From Phytobacter massiliensis JC163 (GTDB lineage: Bacteria; Pseudomonadota; Gammaproteobacteria; Enterobacterales; Enterobacteriaceae): a stretch of DNA of 64,000 bases. Under the pieces are notes generated by a model that had not been told where the DNA came from, did no database searches, and saw only the letters and a list, made by a program, of their open reading frames with translations. A program made the translations under genes and the position numbers. Each line of letters begins with the position of its first letter. The first letter of the stretch is position 1. Below are positions 13,346 to 23,692 of the stretch, piece after piece. The DNA lies in NCBI RefSeq assembly GCF_000321045.1, contig NZ_HE578947.1, positions 3,150 through 67,149 of the forward strand, written 5' to 3'.

Positions 13346-14068
13346 ATGACATTCAAACAGATATGCGCAGGCCTCCTTGCGGCCGGATTGCTCTCTTCTA
13401 TGGCGGATGCCGCCGTTCGGCCCCAGCTGACAAGGGCGGTGGCCTACGCGGAGGATAAAGAAACGACGGTTGGGGTGATCAATGACAGCGATAGCACCTA
13501 CATGCTGCAGTCGTGGCTGGAGGACTTACAGGGCCGGGATAGCGGAATACCGCTGGTGCTGACGCCGCCGGTGATGAAGATGGAGGGGAAGAGCGAAGGA
13601 AAACTTCGTCTGATGGTGATGCGCGGGGAAATCCCGCAGGACAGGGAGTCGGTGTACTGGCTGTCGCTACAGGAAATCCCCCCGAAGGCGAAGGACACGG
13701 CTAACCGTCTGGTGGTGGCGGTGAGAAGCCGGATAAAGGTATTCGTGCGCCCGGCAGGGCTGACGTCGGAGGGGGCCAGGGCGTCGGCAGGCGCGCTGCG
13801 CTGGAGCCTGCAGCGTGAAGGTAGCCAGACGTGGCTGATGGCCACCAACCCCACGCCTTATTACATCAGCTTCGGGCGCCTGACAGCAGGCTGCGGAAGC
13901 TGCAAAAAAGTGACGCCGGAAAACAAAAACACCATGGTGCCGCCGCAGGGGAGCCAGCGTTATAGCCTGCCGACTCAGGCCGGGACGGGTGCCATGAATG
14001 TCACCTGGAGCGCGATGAACGACTGGGGCGGCGCGGGCGAAGAGCACAGCCAGGAGGTGAGGCCGTGA
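13346..14068 (+). CDS. periplasmic fimbrial chaperone (PapD-like)
   Basis: 240-aa protein with a signal peptide and chaperone motifs (...YMLQSWLED..., ...RLMVMRGEIP...). Confidence 0.85.
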   Translation: MTFKQICAGLLAAGLLSSMADAAVRPQLTRAVAYAEDKETTVGVINDSDSTYMLQSWLEDLQGRDSGIPLVLTPPVMKMEGKSEGKLRLMVMRGEIPQDRESVYWLSLQEIPPKAKDTANRLVVAVRSRIKVFVRPAGLTSEGARASAGALRWSLQREGSQTWLMATNPTPYYISFGRLTAGCGSCKKVTPENKNTMVPPQGSQRYSLPTQAGTGAMNVTWSAMNDWGGAGEEHSQEVRP

Positions 14069-15324
14069 GCAGAATATGGGGAGTGGCCGCGGCGCTGGTC
14101 TCGGGGCTGGCTGTGATACCGACTCAGGCGGCGACATGGTCATACAACTATACCTGGCATGGTGGCCTGAATGCTGGCCTTCCGGCAGCAAATTGTACCC
14201 TTACTGTTCCTGATATCCGGCCGCTACAAGTGCCAAAGACCCTGGTAGTAGACAGCGCAGCCCCAATTGGTGCTGTATTGTACTCGTGGGATTTTAACAG
14301 TTTCTTACCGGGGTTCATGTCGCGGTGTACAGGCACTGGTATTAATACTTATGGACATGGCAGTATGGTTATAGACGGCATAGAGGTTGCCAACATAAAT
14401 CGTTGGGAACTTTTCTTACGAGGCCTGACAATCAGTGAGCCGAAAAACAATAGCATTCCCACTTATGCCACGACGCTATCAGGCATCGGGATACGTTTAT
14501 ATGTTAGGGCAGACACAGATGATAATAGTGAAAGTTTGTGGCAGGAGTTTCTCTATGCTGGAGGTCTCGGAGTTATCAGTTCGCCTGTACGGGGTAACGC
14601 TTATGTGTGGGGATATGGCAGCCCCGGTGTTGATAGTTTTTTTAGGGCCGACCTTGCTGACGGTTTTATTATGACGGATAAGGAAGCTGGCTTCTCTATT
14701 AAAGCAGAGTTGATAAAAACGGCGGACACAGTGCAGTACGGTAACCTGGGGCTGGCCGGTAATCCTGTAACAGCTTGGGAAACAGACGGAATAAGCACAG
14801 CATTGCCGACCGACCTACTAAGCGGTAACGCCATTACTGTAGTGTCGCCGGCATGCAGACTCCGTACCACCAATTACAACATCAGCATGGGTACATGGGC
14901 GGCAGACACGATTAACCATACCGGCACGCCGGCAAGCGGCCCAGCCCAACCCGTGGGGCTGGACCTGGAGTGTATGGGTCGGCCAGCTGATGTTCAGTTC
15001 AGGTTTGAGGATACCGGCAGCGCACCTTCAACGGCTGCACAGAAAAACGTCACCCTCTATGATGGCGGAGGGAACAAGGTTAACGGACTTGAAATTCAGA
15101 TGAAGTATAACGGCAGCCGGGTCAACATCGATGGCGTCACCCAGACCAGTACGGGGGCGCGTGGCCAGGCACATGATAATAGCGGGCTTGCGCCGACCTA
15201 TATAGCCGCCGGGCAGGCCATGTTTACCGCCAATTATATCCAGAACGGGCCTATCACCGTCGGAGGCAATAACTATACCGGGCCAGTTTCAGGCAAGGTT
15301 AACGTCTGGGTCACCTACAACTGA
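14065..15324 (+). CDS. fimbrial tip adhesin-like protein
   Basis: 419-aa secreted protein. Its start overlaps the chaperone stop (GTGA), and it is the last structural gene of the chaperone-usher operon. Confidence 0.6.
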   Translation: MSRIWGVAAALVSGLAVIPTQAATWSYNYTWHGGLNAGLPAANCTLTVPDIRPLQVPKTLVVDSAAPIGAVLYSWDFNSFLPGFMSRCTGTGINTYGHGSMVIDGIEVANINRWELFLRGLTISEPKNNSIPTYATTLSGIGIRLYVRADTDDNSESLWQEFLYAGGLGVISSPVRGNAYVWGYGSPGVDSFFRADLADGFIMTDKEAGFSIKAELIKTADTVQYGNLGLAGNPVTAWETDGISTALPTDLLSGNAITVVSPACRLRTTNYNISMGTWAADTINHTGTPASGPAQPVGLDLECMGRPADVQFRFEDTGSAPSTAAQKNVTLYDGGGNKVNGLEIQMKYNGSRVNIDGVTQTSTGARGQAHDNSGLAPTYIAAGQAMFTANYIQNGPITVGGNNYTGPVSGKVNVWVTYN

Positions 15325-15335
15325 TAACGTTTTAT

Positions 15336-15932
15336 ATGCATATGATGAATAATGAGAATATGATGTACGTCTATTCTAATGACACCTATTTTATAGCCGG
15401 TATAAGAAATGCGCTGGCCTTTTCCGGGATTAACTTTATGCATGATATTGCAGTAATTGATCCCGGAGGTGAGGATATTTATATAACAAGGGCTGCGGAA
15501 TTTCATCGTCCGGGTTTAGCAGATACATTAACCCACTTTATTGAAACACGCTGCTACTCCCTGAGAAAAAAAGCGCCGGTAGCGGAATATCTTTATGTGC
15601 TTAACTTAATGGCAAACAATGCCCGGATCCCTTTTCATGTAAAACCCTTAACAGAAAGAGAGGGCTTAATCTGTGAATCTTATCTGGCGGGTCGGGAAAG
15701 AAAAGAGATTGCGCAAAAAATGCATCTCAGTGAGCAGGCGCTGAGCTATAGTCAGGTAAAAGCGTTACGCAAAATGAACATTAAGAGCATCCCCTTTTTA
15801 CTTAAGGTTATGAAAAACTGGTATGCGTTTGGTAGCGGGCCATTCGTTGATTATCCCCGTCATACGTCAAGTTGCATGCCCGTTGACAATAACCTGGCCC
15901 ATCCGTGGGTCTCGGCCTGCCGGGGGCTCTGA
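15336..15932 (+). CDS. LuxR/GerE-type HTH regulator associated with the fimbrial operon
   Basis: The C-terminal segment LTEREGLICESYLAGRERKEIAQKMHLSEQALSYSQVKALRKM fits a LuxR-type HTH. It lies immediately downstream of the fimbrial genes. Confidence 0.6.
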   Translation: MHMMNNENMMYVYSNDTYFIAGIRNALAFSGINFMHDIAVIDPGGEDIYITRAAEFHRPGLADTLTHFIETRCYSLRKKAPVAEYLYVLNLMANNARIPFHVKPLTEREGLICESYLAGRERKEIAQKMHLSEQALSYSQVKALRKMNIKSIPFLLKVMKNWYAFGSGPFVDYPRHTSSCMPVDNNLAHPWVSACRGL

Positions 15933-16336
15933 ACAGCGGTCCATTTCGTGTGCCTCTACCGAATGCCTGTGTTCGCCAGCTGTGGACGGGTGCAGGAAGC
16001 GTGATCGGGCATTAACCGGGAAAATAAAATGACACACAAATAGTTTCGCTATAAATTATATGCTGAGCCAGCATTGAGTCCGTGACTTGCTATATGCAGG
16101 GCATTTACAACTCCATAATAGAAAATAACGTATTAAAAGTGATACCTTAAAAAATAGCCCATCGGCAGTATTATTTTTGATACCTTAAAAACGCCTTTAT
16201 AAATCAGGTTATGTGATCGCCGTAAATAACCCGGCGTGGCTATCTTTCTTAAAATAGCACAATAAAGTTCACATCACATATTACCTGAAAACGAACCTGT
16301 TAATCAGGATCATATTTCTATTATAGAGGCCATATT

Positions 16337-17620
16337 ATGGATACCGTTCAAAATACTCTCGTCACGCGTGAAGCCAGTGGCTGGAGAAAAAGTGATACCG
16401 TCTGGATGCTGGGCCTGTACGGTACAGCTATCGGTGCTGGCGTGCTGTTCCTGCCGATCAACGCTGGCGTGGGCGGGATGATCCCGTTGATGATCATGGC
16501 GGTGCTGGCTTTTCCGATGACCTTTTTTGCCCACCGCGGCTTAACCCGTTTTGTTCTGTCAGGTAAAAACCCCGGCGAAGATATTACCGAAGTGGTGGAA
16601 GAGCATTTTGGCGTCGGCGCGGGTAAGCTGATTACCCTGCTTTATTTCTTCGCTATTTATCCTATCCTGCTGGTATATAGCGTGGCGATTACCAATACGG
16701 TAGATAGCTTTATTACCCATCAGCTCGGTCTGGTCTCCCCGCCGCGCGCCGTTCTGTCGTTAATTCTGATTATCGGCATGATGGCGATTGTCCGCTTTGG
16801 CGAAAAGATGATCGTTAAAGCGATGAGCGTGCTGGTATTCCCGTTTGTCGCCGCGCTGATGATGCTGGCGCTCTATCTTATTCCGCAGTGGAATGGCGCT
16901 GCGCTGGAGACCCTCTCCCTGAGCAGTACCGCGCAGTCCGGCAATGGCCTGTGGATGACCCTCTGGCTGGCTATTCCGGTAATGGTGTTCTCCTTTAACC
17001 ACTCGCCGATTATCTCCTCGTTTGCCGTGGCGAAACGTGAAGAGTACGGCCAGGACGCCGAGCGTAAATGTTCACGTATTCTGGGTTATGCGCACATCAT
17101 GATGGTGCTGACCGTGATGTTCTTCGTCTTTAGCTGCGTGCTGAGCCTCACCCCGGAAAACCTGGCGGAAGCGAAAGCGCAAAATATCTCGATTCTGTCT
17201 TATCTGGCGAACCACTTTAACGCGCCGGTTATCGCCTGGATGGCGCCGATTATCGCGATGATTGCCATCACCAAGTCCTTCCTCGGCCACTACCTGGGCG
17301 CGCGTGAAGGCTTCAACGGTATGGTTATCAAGTCGCTGCGTGGCAAAGGTAAATCCATTGAAATCAACAGACTGAATAAAATCACCGCGCTGTTTATGCT
17401 GGTTACGACCTGGATTGTCGCTACCCTGAACCCAAGCATCCTCGGCATGATCGAAACCCTCGGCGGCCCGATTATTGCGATGATTCTGTTCCTGATGCCG
17501 ATGTACGCCATCAATAAAGTACCGGCCATGCGCAAGTACAGCGGGCATATCAGCAACCTGTTTGTGGTTGTGATGGGGCTTATCGCCATCTCCGCCATCT
17601 TCTTCTCGCTGTTTAGCTAA
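16337..17620 (+). CDS. sdaC: serine:H+ symporter (HAAAP family)
   Basis: 427-aa protein near-identical over most of its length to E. coli SdaC (...[29 protein letters not shown]...). Confidence 0.9.
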   Translation: MDTVQNTLVTREASGWRKSDTVWMLGLYGTAIGAGVLFLPINAGVGGMIPLMIMAVLAFPMTFFAHRGLTRFVLSGKNPGEDITEVVEEHFGVGAGKLITLLYFFAIYPILLVYSVAITNTVDSFITHQLGLVSPPRAVLSLILIIGMMAIVRFGEKMIVKAMSVLVFPFVAALMMLALYLIPQWNGAALETLSLSSTAQSGNGLWMTLWLAIPVMVFSFNHSPIISSFAVAKREEYGQDAERKCSRILGYAHIMMVLTVMFFVFSCVLSLTPENLAEAKAQNISILSYLANHFNAPVIAWMAPIIAMIAITKSFLGHYLGAREGFNGMVIKSLRGKGKSIEINRLNKITALFMLVTTWIVATLNPSILGMIETLGGPIIAMILFLMPMYAINKVPAMRKYSGHISNLFVVVMGLIAISAIFFSLFS

Positions 17621-17680
17621 GTTTCAGCGCCGCCCATAGCGGGCGGCGCATCCGTTTTACCTAACTCGCGTGGGTGCCAC

Positions 17681-19048
17681 ATGATTAGCGTTTTCGATAT
17701 TTTCAAAATCAGTATTGGGCCGTCGAGCTCCCATACCGTCGGGCCGATGAAAGCAGGCAAACATTTTGTCGATACCCTGCAGGAAAAAGGCCTGTTACAT
17801 CGCGTCACCCGCCTGGTCGTGGATGTCTATGGCTCCCTCTCCTTAACGGGGAAAGGTCACCATACCGATATCGCCATTATTCTGGGGTTATCCGGCTATC
17901 TGCCGGATACCGTCGATATCGACGCCATTCCGGCGATTATTCATGACGTTAACGCCCATCATCGTCTTTTTATCGAAGAGGGGCAGCGGGAGATCGAATT
18001 CCCGGTCGCGGAGTGCATGCGTTTTCATAACGAATTTTTACCGCTGCATGAAAATGGAATGAGCATTACCGCTTTTTGCGACGGAAAAATCGCCCATTTC
18101 CAGACCTATTACTCTATTGGCGGCGGCTTTATCGTTACCGAAGAGAACTTCGGCAAAAGCCAGGATGCGGACATTGATATCCCGTTTCCCTTCTATTCCG
18201 CCCGCAATTTGCTGGCCCACTGCCACGATAACTGCCTGTCCATCTCCGCCGTGATGATGAAAAACGAGATTGCCCGGCATGGCCGCAGCGAAGTGGAACA
18301 GCATATGGCGAAGATCTGGGAAACCATGAAAAACGCCATCAATCGCGGTATGAATACCGAAGGCATACTGCCAGGCCCATTGAAAGTACCGCGTCGCGCA
18401 TCCGCGCTGCATCGCGTCCTGGCACCGCAAAGTAACACCATCACGCCGCTGAGCGCGATGGACTGGGTGAACATGTTTGCCATGGCGGTTGGGGAAGAGA
18501 ACGCCGCCGGTGGGCGTGTAGTCACCGCACCGACTAACGGGGCCTGCGGTATTATCCCGGCGGTGCTCGCCTACTATGACCGCTTTATCAAAGCGGTGAC
18601 GCCGGAAATCTATATGCGTTACTACCTGACCGCTGGTGCCATCGGCATTCTTTATAAGATGAATGCTTCTATCTCCGGCGCGGAAGTGGGCTGCCAGGGG
18701 GAAGTGGGCGTTGCCTGCTCCATGGCGTCTGCGGGGCTGGCGGAGCTGCTGGGTGCCAGCCCGGAAAAAGTCTGCATCGCCGCGGAAATTGGCATGGAGC
18801 ACAACCTTGGGTTGACCTGCGACCCGGTCGCCGGGCAGGTGCAGGTGCCCTGTATTGAACGTAACGCCATCGCGGCGGTGAAAGCGATCAACTCGGCCAG
18901 CATGGCGATGTACCGCACCAGCGACCCGAAAGTTTCGCTGGATAAGGTTATCGAAACGATGTTTGAAACCGGCAAGGATATGAACGCGAAGTACCGGGAA
19001 ACTGCCCGTGGGGGCCTGGCCATCAAAGTGGCGGTATGTGAATCCTGA
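17681..19048 (+). CDS. sdaB: L-serine dehydratase (Fe-S L-serine ammonia-lyase)
   Basis: 455-aa protein starting MISVFDIFKISIGPSSSHTVGPMKAG..., typical of SdaA/SdaB/TdcG. It follows sdaC as in the E. coli sdaCB operon. Confidence 0.9.
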   Translation: MISVFDIFKISIGPSSSHTVGPMKAGKHFVDTLQEKGLLHRVTRLVVDVYGSLSLTGKGHHTDIAIILGLSGYLPDTVDIDAIPAIIHDVNAHHRLFIEEGQREIEFPVAECMRFHNEFLPLHENGMSITAFCDGKIAHFQTYYSIGGGFIVTEENFGKSQDADIDIPFPFYSARNLLAHCHDNCLSISAVMMKNEIARHGRSEVEQHMAKIWETMKNAINRGMNTEGILPGPLKVPRRASALHRVLAPQSNTITPLSAMDWVNMFAMAVGEENAAGGRVVTAPTNGACGIIPAVLAYYDRFIKAVTPEIYMRYYLTAGAIGILYKMNASISGAEVGCQGEVGVACSMASAGLAELLGASPEKVCIAAEIGMEHNLGLTCDPVAGQVQVPCIERNAIAAVKAINSASMAMYRTSDPKVSLDKVIETMFETGKDMNAKYRETARGGLAIKVAVCES

Positions 19049-19056
19049 TGCCCTGA

Positions 19057-19080
19057 ACCGCCTGCCTGCGCAGGCGGTTA
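19057..19080. terminator. bidirectional hairpin between the convergent sdaB and XRE-regulator genes
   Basis: accgcctgcctgcgcaggcggt is a perfect inverted repeat. Confidence 0.5.
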
Positions 19081-19084
19081 TCCG

Positions 19085-19525
19085 TCACTTCTTCTCTGCC
19101 TCCGCAGGCATAAATGACCACACCACGCTGCGGGATGCCGACGAGGTATACCACTCATTAATGGCAGCATCCGCCGCCGCTTCCGGTACGGCCGCCTGCC
19201 GTTTCTCTTTTGGCTGATTCGCCTGTTTTTTCCGAATACGGATACGTGATGGCGAAGCGGACACCAGTTGGGCATTGAAGGCGCGAATATGGGAGTCATA
19301 CAAAATGGACTCCAGTTGATGCAGCCGGTCCAGCCCGCGCAAAATGCCAATTAACGTGCTCAGCGTGACCGACTCGCCTAATTCCACGCGTTTGATGGTG
19401 GCGGCGCCAACCTGCGCACGTTCAGCCAGTTCAATTTGTGACAGCCCGAGCTGCATACGCGTCTCTTTAATTCTGCGGCATAGCTCAGCAATTATTTCGC
19501 TGTCGGACATGGTACTGAAACGCAT
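19085..19525 (-). CDS. XRE-family HTH transcriptional regulator
   Basis: The N-terminal segment ...LGLSQIELAERAQVGAATIKRVELGE... is an HTH_XRE motif. The protein is 146 aa. Confidence 0.7.
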   Translation of the reverse strand: MRFSTMSDSEIIAELCRRIKETRMQLGLSQIELAERAQVGAATIKRVELGESVTLSTLIGILRGLDRLHQLESILYDSHIRAFNAQLVSASPSRIRIRKKQANQPKEKRQAAVPEAAADAAINEWYTSSASRSVVWSFMPAEAEKK

Positions 19526-19877
19526 TTTACTACCTCTGCTGCTACATAAGTCGGGGCGAATTATTTAACATAAACGCTTACAAATAAAGCGGATAATTTA
19601 TATTTTGCGAAGGCCACGGCACTAAATTTTTAAGCAAACCACAACGGTGTCTGCTGATAAAATTTAAATCCAATACAATGAACGGGATAGTTGACGGTAT
19701 AAGACAAGAGTCATTTTTACCATCATAAAATTAATGAGCCCGTTAACTCTTTTTCCTGCTGGCGTTAGAAAAATAAAAAGCCCTTTTATTTATCTTTTAT
19801 GTAACAATTTAAAGAGATTTGCGCCGGTAGGCTTTCATGTGCCGGAGGGTAAAATTACACAAGGAAGAGGTAATAGC

Positions 19878-20333
19878 ATGAGTTATAAAGGTAAAGTTTT
19901 TCTGTTCTGGGGAGTGATGGACCTGCTTACGCTTGGCAGCTATCTGTTTTTCTCGCTTATGCGGGGAGAGGTTCCTTTCTGGTCAGACATCACCCACTTT
20001 TATGCCGGGCTGGAACAGCACGAAGCGGGAGGCGGATACGCCATTTTGCTGCAGGGCCTTTTTTTCATCCATCTGGCCTTGTTGTTATCGCTGCCTGTTT
20101 CCGCATGGGCTTTCCTGGCGCATAAAAAAATGAGCGTCTTGTGGCTTGCCCTGCAGGAAACGATGCGTATTTTTTCGCTCACCTGCTCGCTGGCGCTTTT
20201 TCCGCTCATTTTGCATTTCGTTTCTTCCGGGCCAATGGTCAACCTGGCGCTCTTTTTGATTTCCGAAACCCTCAAGGTGGCTTCCCTTCTTTCCACAAAG
20301 CGGAAGAGGGAGGAGGGTGAGAAAGTCTCTTAA
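19878..20333 (+). CDS. small integral membrane protein (about 4 TM); start taken at MSYKGK with RBS aaggaagagg
   Basis: Hydrophobic segments are visible throughout. I chose the internal start at 19878 because of the RBS; the track ORF begins at 19734. Confidence 0.5.
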   Translation: MSYKGKVFLFWGVMDLLTLGSYLFFSLMRGEVPFWSDITHFYAGLEQHEAGGGYAILLQGLFFIHLALLLSLPVSAWAFLAHKKMSVLWLALQETMRIFSLTCSLALFPLILHFVSSGPMVNLALFLISETLKVASLLSTKRKREEGEKVS

Positions 20334-20424
20334 ATTTTTTGATCTCTTATACTTAATGAGGCTTCCCGCTTCCCCCGACATCATTGTGAAAAAGGAGCCA
20401 CAACAATAAGGAGAACAACAATCC

Positions 20425-22056
20425 GTGTTAATTCTGCTTCACCTGCTCTCTTCTGTCGCCCTGCTGGTATGGGGCACGCACATTGTTCGCACCGGCGTGA
20501 TGCGCGTTTTCGGCGCGCGGCTGCGCACCGTGCTGAGCCGCAGTATCGAGAAAAAATCCCTCGCCTTTAGCGCAGGGATTGGCGTGACCGCGCTGGTTCA
20601 AAGCAGTAATGCTACGACGATGCTGGTCACCTCCTTCGTCGCCCAGGATCTGGTGGCGCTGACGCCCGCGCTGGTGATTGTACTGGGCGCAGACGTGGGT
20701 ACCGCATTAATGGCGAGGGTGCTGACCTTCGACCTCTCCTGGCTGTCGCCACTGCTGATTTTTGTCGGCGTGATTTTCTTTTTAGGGCGTAAACAGACCC
20801 GCGCCGGGCAGCTTGGGCGCGTCAGCATCGGGCTTGGCCTGATTCTGCTGGCGCTGGAGCTGATTGTGCAGGCGGTAACGCCCATCACCCAGGCCAATGG
20901 CGTACAGGTGATCTTTGCCTCCCTGACGGGCGACATCATGCTTGATGCGCTGATCGGCGCGGTGTTCGCCATCGTCAGCTACTCCAGCCTGGCGGCGGTA
21001 TTATTGACCGCGACCCTAACTGCGGCAGGGGTTATCGCATTCCCGGTCGCCCTGTGTCTGGTGATTGGCGCTAACCTCGGTTCTGGCCTACTGGCGATGC
21101 TCAACAACAGCGCCGCCAATGCCGCCGCACGAAGAGTGGCGCTGGGCAGCCTGCTGTTTAAGCTGGTGGGCAGCCTGATGATTTTGCCGTTTGTACATTT
21201 GCTGGCGGAGGCGATGGATAACCTGTCGCTGCCCGAATCGGAACTGGTTATCTATTTCCACGTCTTTTATAACCTGCTGCGCTGCCTGTTGATGGTGCCG
21301 TTTGCAGGCGTGATGGCCCGCTTCTGCGAGCGTATTATTCGTGATGAACCCGAGCTGGATTCGCGGCTTAAACCGAAGCATCTCGACAGCTCGGCGCTGG
21401 ACACCCCCACGCTCGCGCTGGCTAATGCCGCGCGGGAGACCCTGCGGATGGGCGATACTATGGAGCAGATGCTGGAAGGGCTGCACAAGGTGATTCATGG
21501 CGAGCCGCGGGAAGAGAAGGCGCTGCGTAAACTCGCCGATGATATTAACGTGCTCTATACCGCCATTAAGCTCTATCTTGCGCGCATGCCGAAAGATGAA
21601 CTGGCAGAGGAGGAGTCAAAGCGCTGGGCTGAGGTTATCGAGATGTCGCTTAACCTTGAACAGGCGTCGGATATTGTCGAGCGTATGGGCAGCGAGATTG
21701 CCGATAAATCACTGGCGGCCCGGCGGGCATTCTCCGTGGAGGGGCTGGCCGAACTGGACGCGCTGCACGAGCAGCTGCTGAACAACCTCAAGCTCGCCAT
21801 GTCGGTCTTTTTCTCTGGCGATGTCGCCAGCGCGCGCCGCCTGCGTCGCAGCAAGCACCGTTTTCGTATCCTTAACCGGCGCTACGCCCATGCGCACGTT
21901 GACCGCCTGCATCAGCAAAATGTGCAAAGCATTGAAACCAGCTCCCTTCATCTGGGGCTGCTGGGCGATATGAAACGCCTGAACTCGCTGTTTTGCTCGG
22001 TAGCGTACAGCGTGCTGGAGCAGCCGGATCACGATGACGAGCGGGATGAGTATTAA
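20425..22056 (+). CDS. yjbB: Na+/phosphate symporter-related protein with a PhoU-like C-terminal domain
   Basis: 543-aa protein, a YjbB homolog by length and sequence pattern. It is at the E. coli yjbB position downstream of metH. Confidence 0.85.
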   Translation: MLILLHLLSSVALLVWGTHIVRTGVMRVFGARLRTVLSRSIEKKSLAFSAGIGVTALVQSSNATTMLVTSFVAQDLVALTPALVIVLGADVGTALMARVLTFDLSWLSPLLIFVGVIFFLGRKQTRAGQLGRVSIGLGLILLALELIVQAVTPITQANGVQVIFASLTGDIMLDALIGAVFAIVSYSSLAAVLLTATLTAAGVIAFPVALCLVIGANLGSGLLAMLNNSAANAAARRVALGSLLFKLVGSLMILPFVHLLAEAMDNLSLPESELVIYFHVFYNLLRCLLMVPFAGVMARFCERIIRDEPELDSRLKPKHLDSSALDTPTLALANAARETLRMGDTMEQMLEGLHKVIHGEPREEKALRKLADDINVLYTAIKLYLARMPKDELAEEESKRWAEVIEMSLNLEQASDIVERMGSEIADKSLAARRAFSVEGLAELDALHEQLLNNLKLAMSVFFSGDVASARRLRRSKHRFRILNRRYAHAHVDRLHQQNVQSIETSSLHLGLLGDMKRLNSLFCSVAYSVLEQPDHDDERDEY

Positions 22057-22175
22057 CTGGAAAGCGCCTCGCAAAAACTTTATGTGAGGCGCGACAGATT
22101 GAGCCGTCGTGATTATTATCCCGGCGAAGGACAGGATGTATTGCAGAACGTTATGCTCATAGAGAAGGAGAATTT

Positions 22176-22358
22176 ATGTACATTTATGCAGGCCAGAAAA
22201 GAGCTTTCAGCATTTTGCTTTCCCCACAAATGCCACCCGAACAATTACCCGGGCGTGCTCATGAGGCGTGGTTAAAAAGCAATAAAGATGCTATTGACGC
22301 ACTGAATCAATGGGTGGAGGAAAATGGTTCGTTTAGTGACTTTCAGCGAGCTTTCTGA
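22176..22358 (+). CDS. ccdA: CcdA-family antitoxin
   Basis: The C-terminus ...WLKSNKDAIDALNQWVEENGSFSDFQRAF matches the CcdA C-terminal motif (W..N...I...N...E.NGSF.D..R). There is an RBS aaggag 6 nt upstream, and the stop overlaps the ccdB start (ATGA). Confidence 0.7.
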   Translation: MYIYAGQKRAFSILLSPQMPPEQLPGRAHEAWLKSNKDAIDALNQWVEENGSFSDFQRAF

Positions 22359-22675
22359 TGGAGCAGTTTTGCGCCTATGAAAACTGTGGCAGAGGGAAAC
22401 ATCTTTATCCGTTACTTATTAATCTTCAACATCCTGTCGCCAACATCCTAAAGCATGTTCTTGTTGCTCCCGCAGTTGAGTTGCAACGCCTGGACGGTAT
22501 TGAGCCTCCTGCCAAAATTTGTCCGCTCATTGCAATTGGCAGCAAAACGTTCGTTGTGATGACCCACATGATGTCAGGCATACCTGAAAAAGAGCTGGGC
22601 GAGCGAGTTGCGGATTTGTCAGTCGAAAGAGCGAGATTACGGGATGCTATCGACTTTCTGATTAATGGTTATTGA
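22358..22675 (+). CDS. ccdB: CcdB-family gyrase-poison toxin
   Basis: 105-aa protein with CcdB-like blocks (...YPLLINLQ..., ...ICPLIAIG..., ...VVMTHMMSGIPEKELGERVADLS...AIDFLINGY). Confidence 0.7.
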   Translation: MEQFCAYENCGRGKHLYPLLINLQHPVANILKHVLVAPAVELQRLDGIEPPAKICPLIAIGSKTFVVMTHMMSGIPEKELGERVADLSVERARLRDAIDFLINGY

Positions 22676-22822
22676 CCCTTTTTAACCTTGACTGAGTATG
22701 GCTCCCGGCGCTGTCCATCAGTACATTTACCAGCAAAATCACGCCTTACTTCCACAGACCGTGCAACAGGCATTTTTTATCTGTCTTAAGGTGAGATATA
22801 TTTCGCTTTTACAGGAGAACTT

Positions 22823-23692
22823 ATGCTGCCCGACTCATCAATCCGATTAAACAAATACATCAGCGAAAGTGGAATTTGCTCACGCCGCGAAGCCGACCGT
22901 TACATTGAACAGGGTAACGTTTTTCTGAATGGAAAACGCGCCACGATTGGCGATCAGGTAAAGCCTGGCGATGTGGTAAAAGTGAATGGTCAGTTGATTG
23001 AGCCGCGCGAAGCGGAAGATCTGGTATTTATCGCCCTGAACAAACCCGTGGGCATTGTCAGCACCACCGAAGACAGCGAACGGGACAACATCGTGGATTT
23101 CGTCAACCACAGCAAACGGGTGTTTCCCATTGGCCGCCTTGATAAAGATTCACAGGGGCTGATTTTCCTGACCAACCACGGCGACCTGGTCAATAAAATT
23201 CTACGGGCCGGCAACGATCACGAAAAAGAGTATCTGGTCACGGTGGATAAACCCGTTACGGACGACTTTATTCGTGGCATGGGGGCGGGTGTGCCTATCC
23301 TCGGAACCTTGACGAAAAAATGTAAGGTCAAAAAAGAGGCCCCCTTTGTTTTTCGCATCACCCTGATTCAGGGGCTGAACCGCCAGATCCGTCGCATGTG
23401 CGAACACTTTGGTTATGAAGTGACGAAGCTTGAGCGCACGCGAATTATGAACGTCAGCCTGGCAGGCCTGCCGCTTGGTGAATGGCGCGACCTGACGGAC
23501 GACGAGCTGATTGCGCTGTTTAAACTGATCGAAAACTCCTCGTCAGAGGCAAAACCTAAGGCCAAAGCGAAGCCGAAAGCCGCAGGCATTAAGCGCCCGG
23601 TGGTGAAAATCGAAAAAAGCAGCGAGAAAGCGCGCCCGGCAGGAAATGGCAAGCGCTTCACCTCGCCGGGGCGTAAGAAGAAAGGGCGTTAA
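22823..23692 (+). CDS. rluF: 23S rRNA pseudouridine synthase RluF
   Basis: It has an S4 domain ([40 protein letters not shown]) and an RsuA-type catalytic core (...[18 protein letters not shown]...) with a lysine-rich tail. Synteny supports the call. Confidence 0.9.
   Translation: MLPDSSIRLNKYISESGICSRREADRYIEQGNVFLNGKRATIGDQVKPGDVVKVNGQLIEPREAEDLVFIALNKPVGIVSTTEDSERDNIVDFVNHSKRVFPIGRLDKDSQGLIFLTNHGDLVNKILRAGNDHEKEYLVTVDKPVTDDFIRGMGAGVPILGTLTKKCKVKKEAPFVFRITLIQGLNRQIRRMCEHFGYEVTKLERTRIMNVSLAGLPLGEWRDLTDDELIALFKLIENSSSEAKPKAKAKPKAAGIKRPVVKIEKSSEKARPAGNGKRFTSPGRKKKGR

Noticed and set aside
22064-22092. Hairpin gcgcctcgcaaaaactttatgtgaggcgc after yjbB as a rho-independent terminator
   Set aside because: The 7-bp stem has a 15-nt loop and no following T-tract. 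It may be a weak or rho-dependent terminator, and I was not confident enough to list it as a feature.
22084-22275. 63-aa ORF overlapping the ccdA upstream region
   Set aside because: It is out of frame with the RBS-supported ccdA start at 22176 and has no homology features, so it is probably spurious.
22676-22822. Missing pepE between yjbB and rluF
   Set aside because: This is not a feature in itself. No PepE-like ORF is present on either strand here. The absence is reported under the ccdAB finding.
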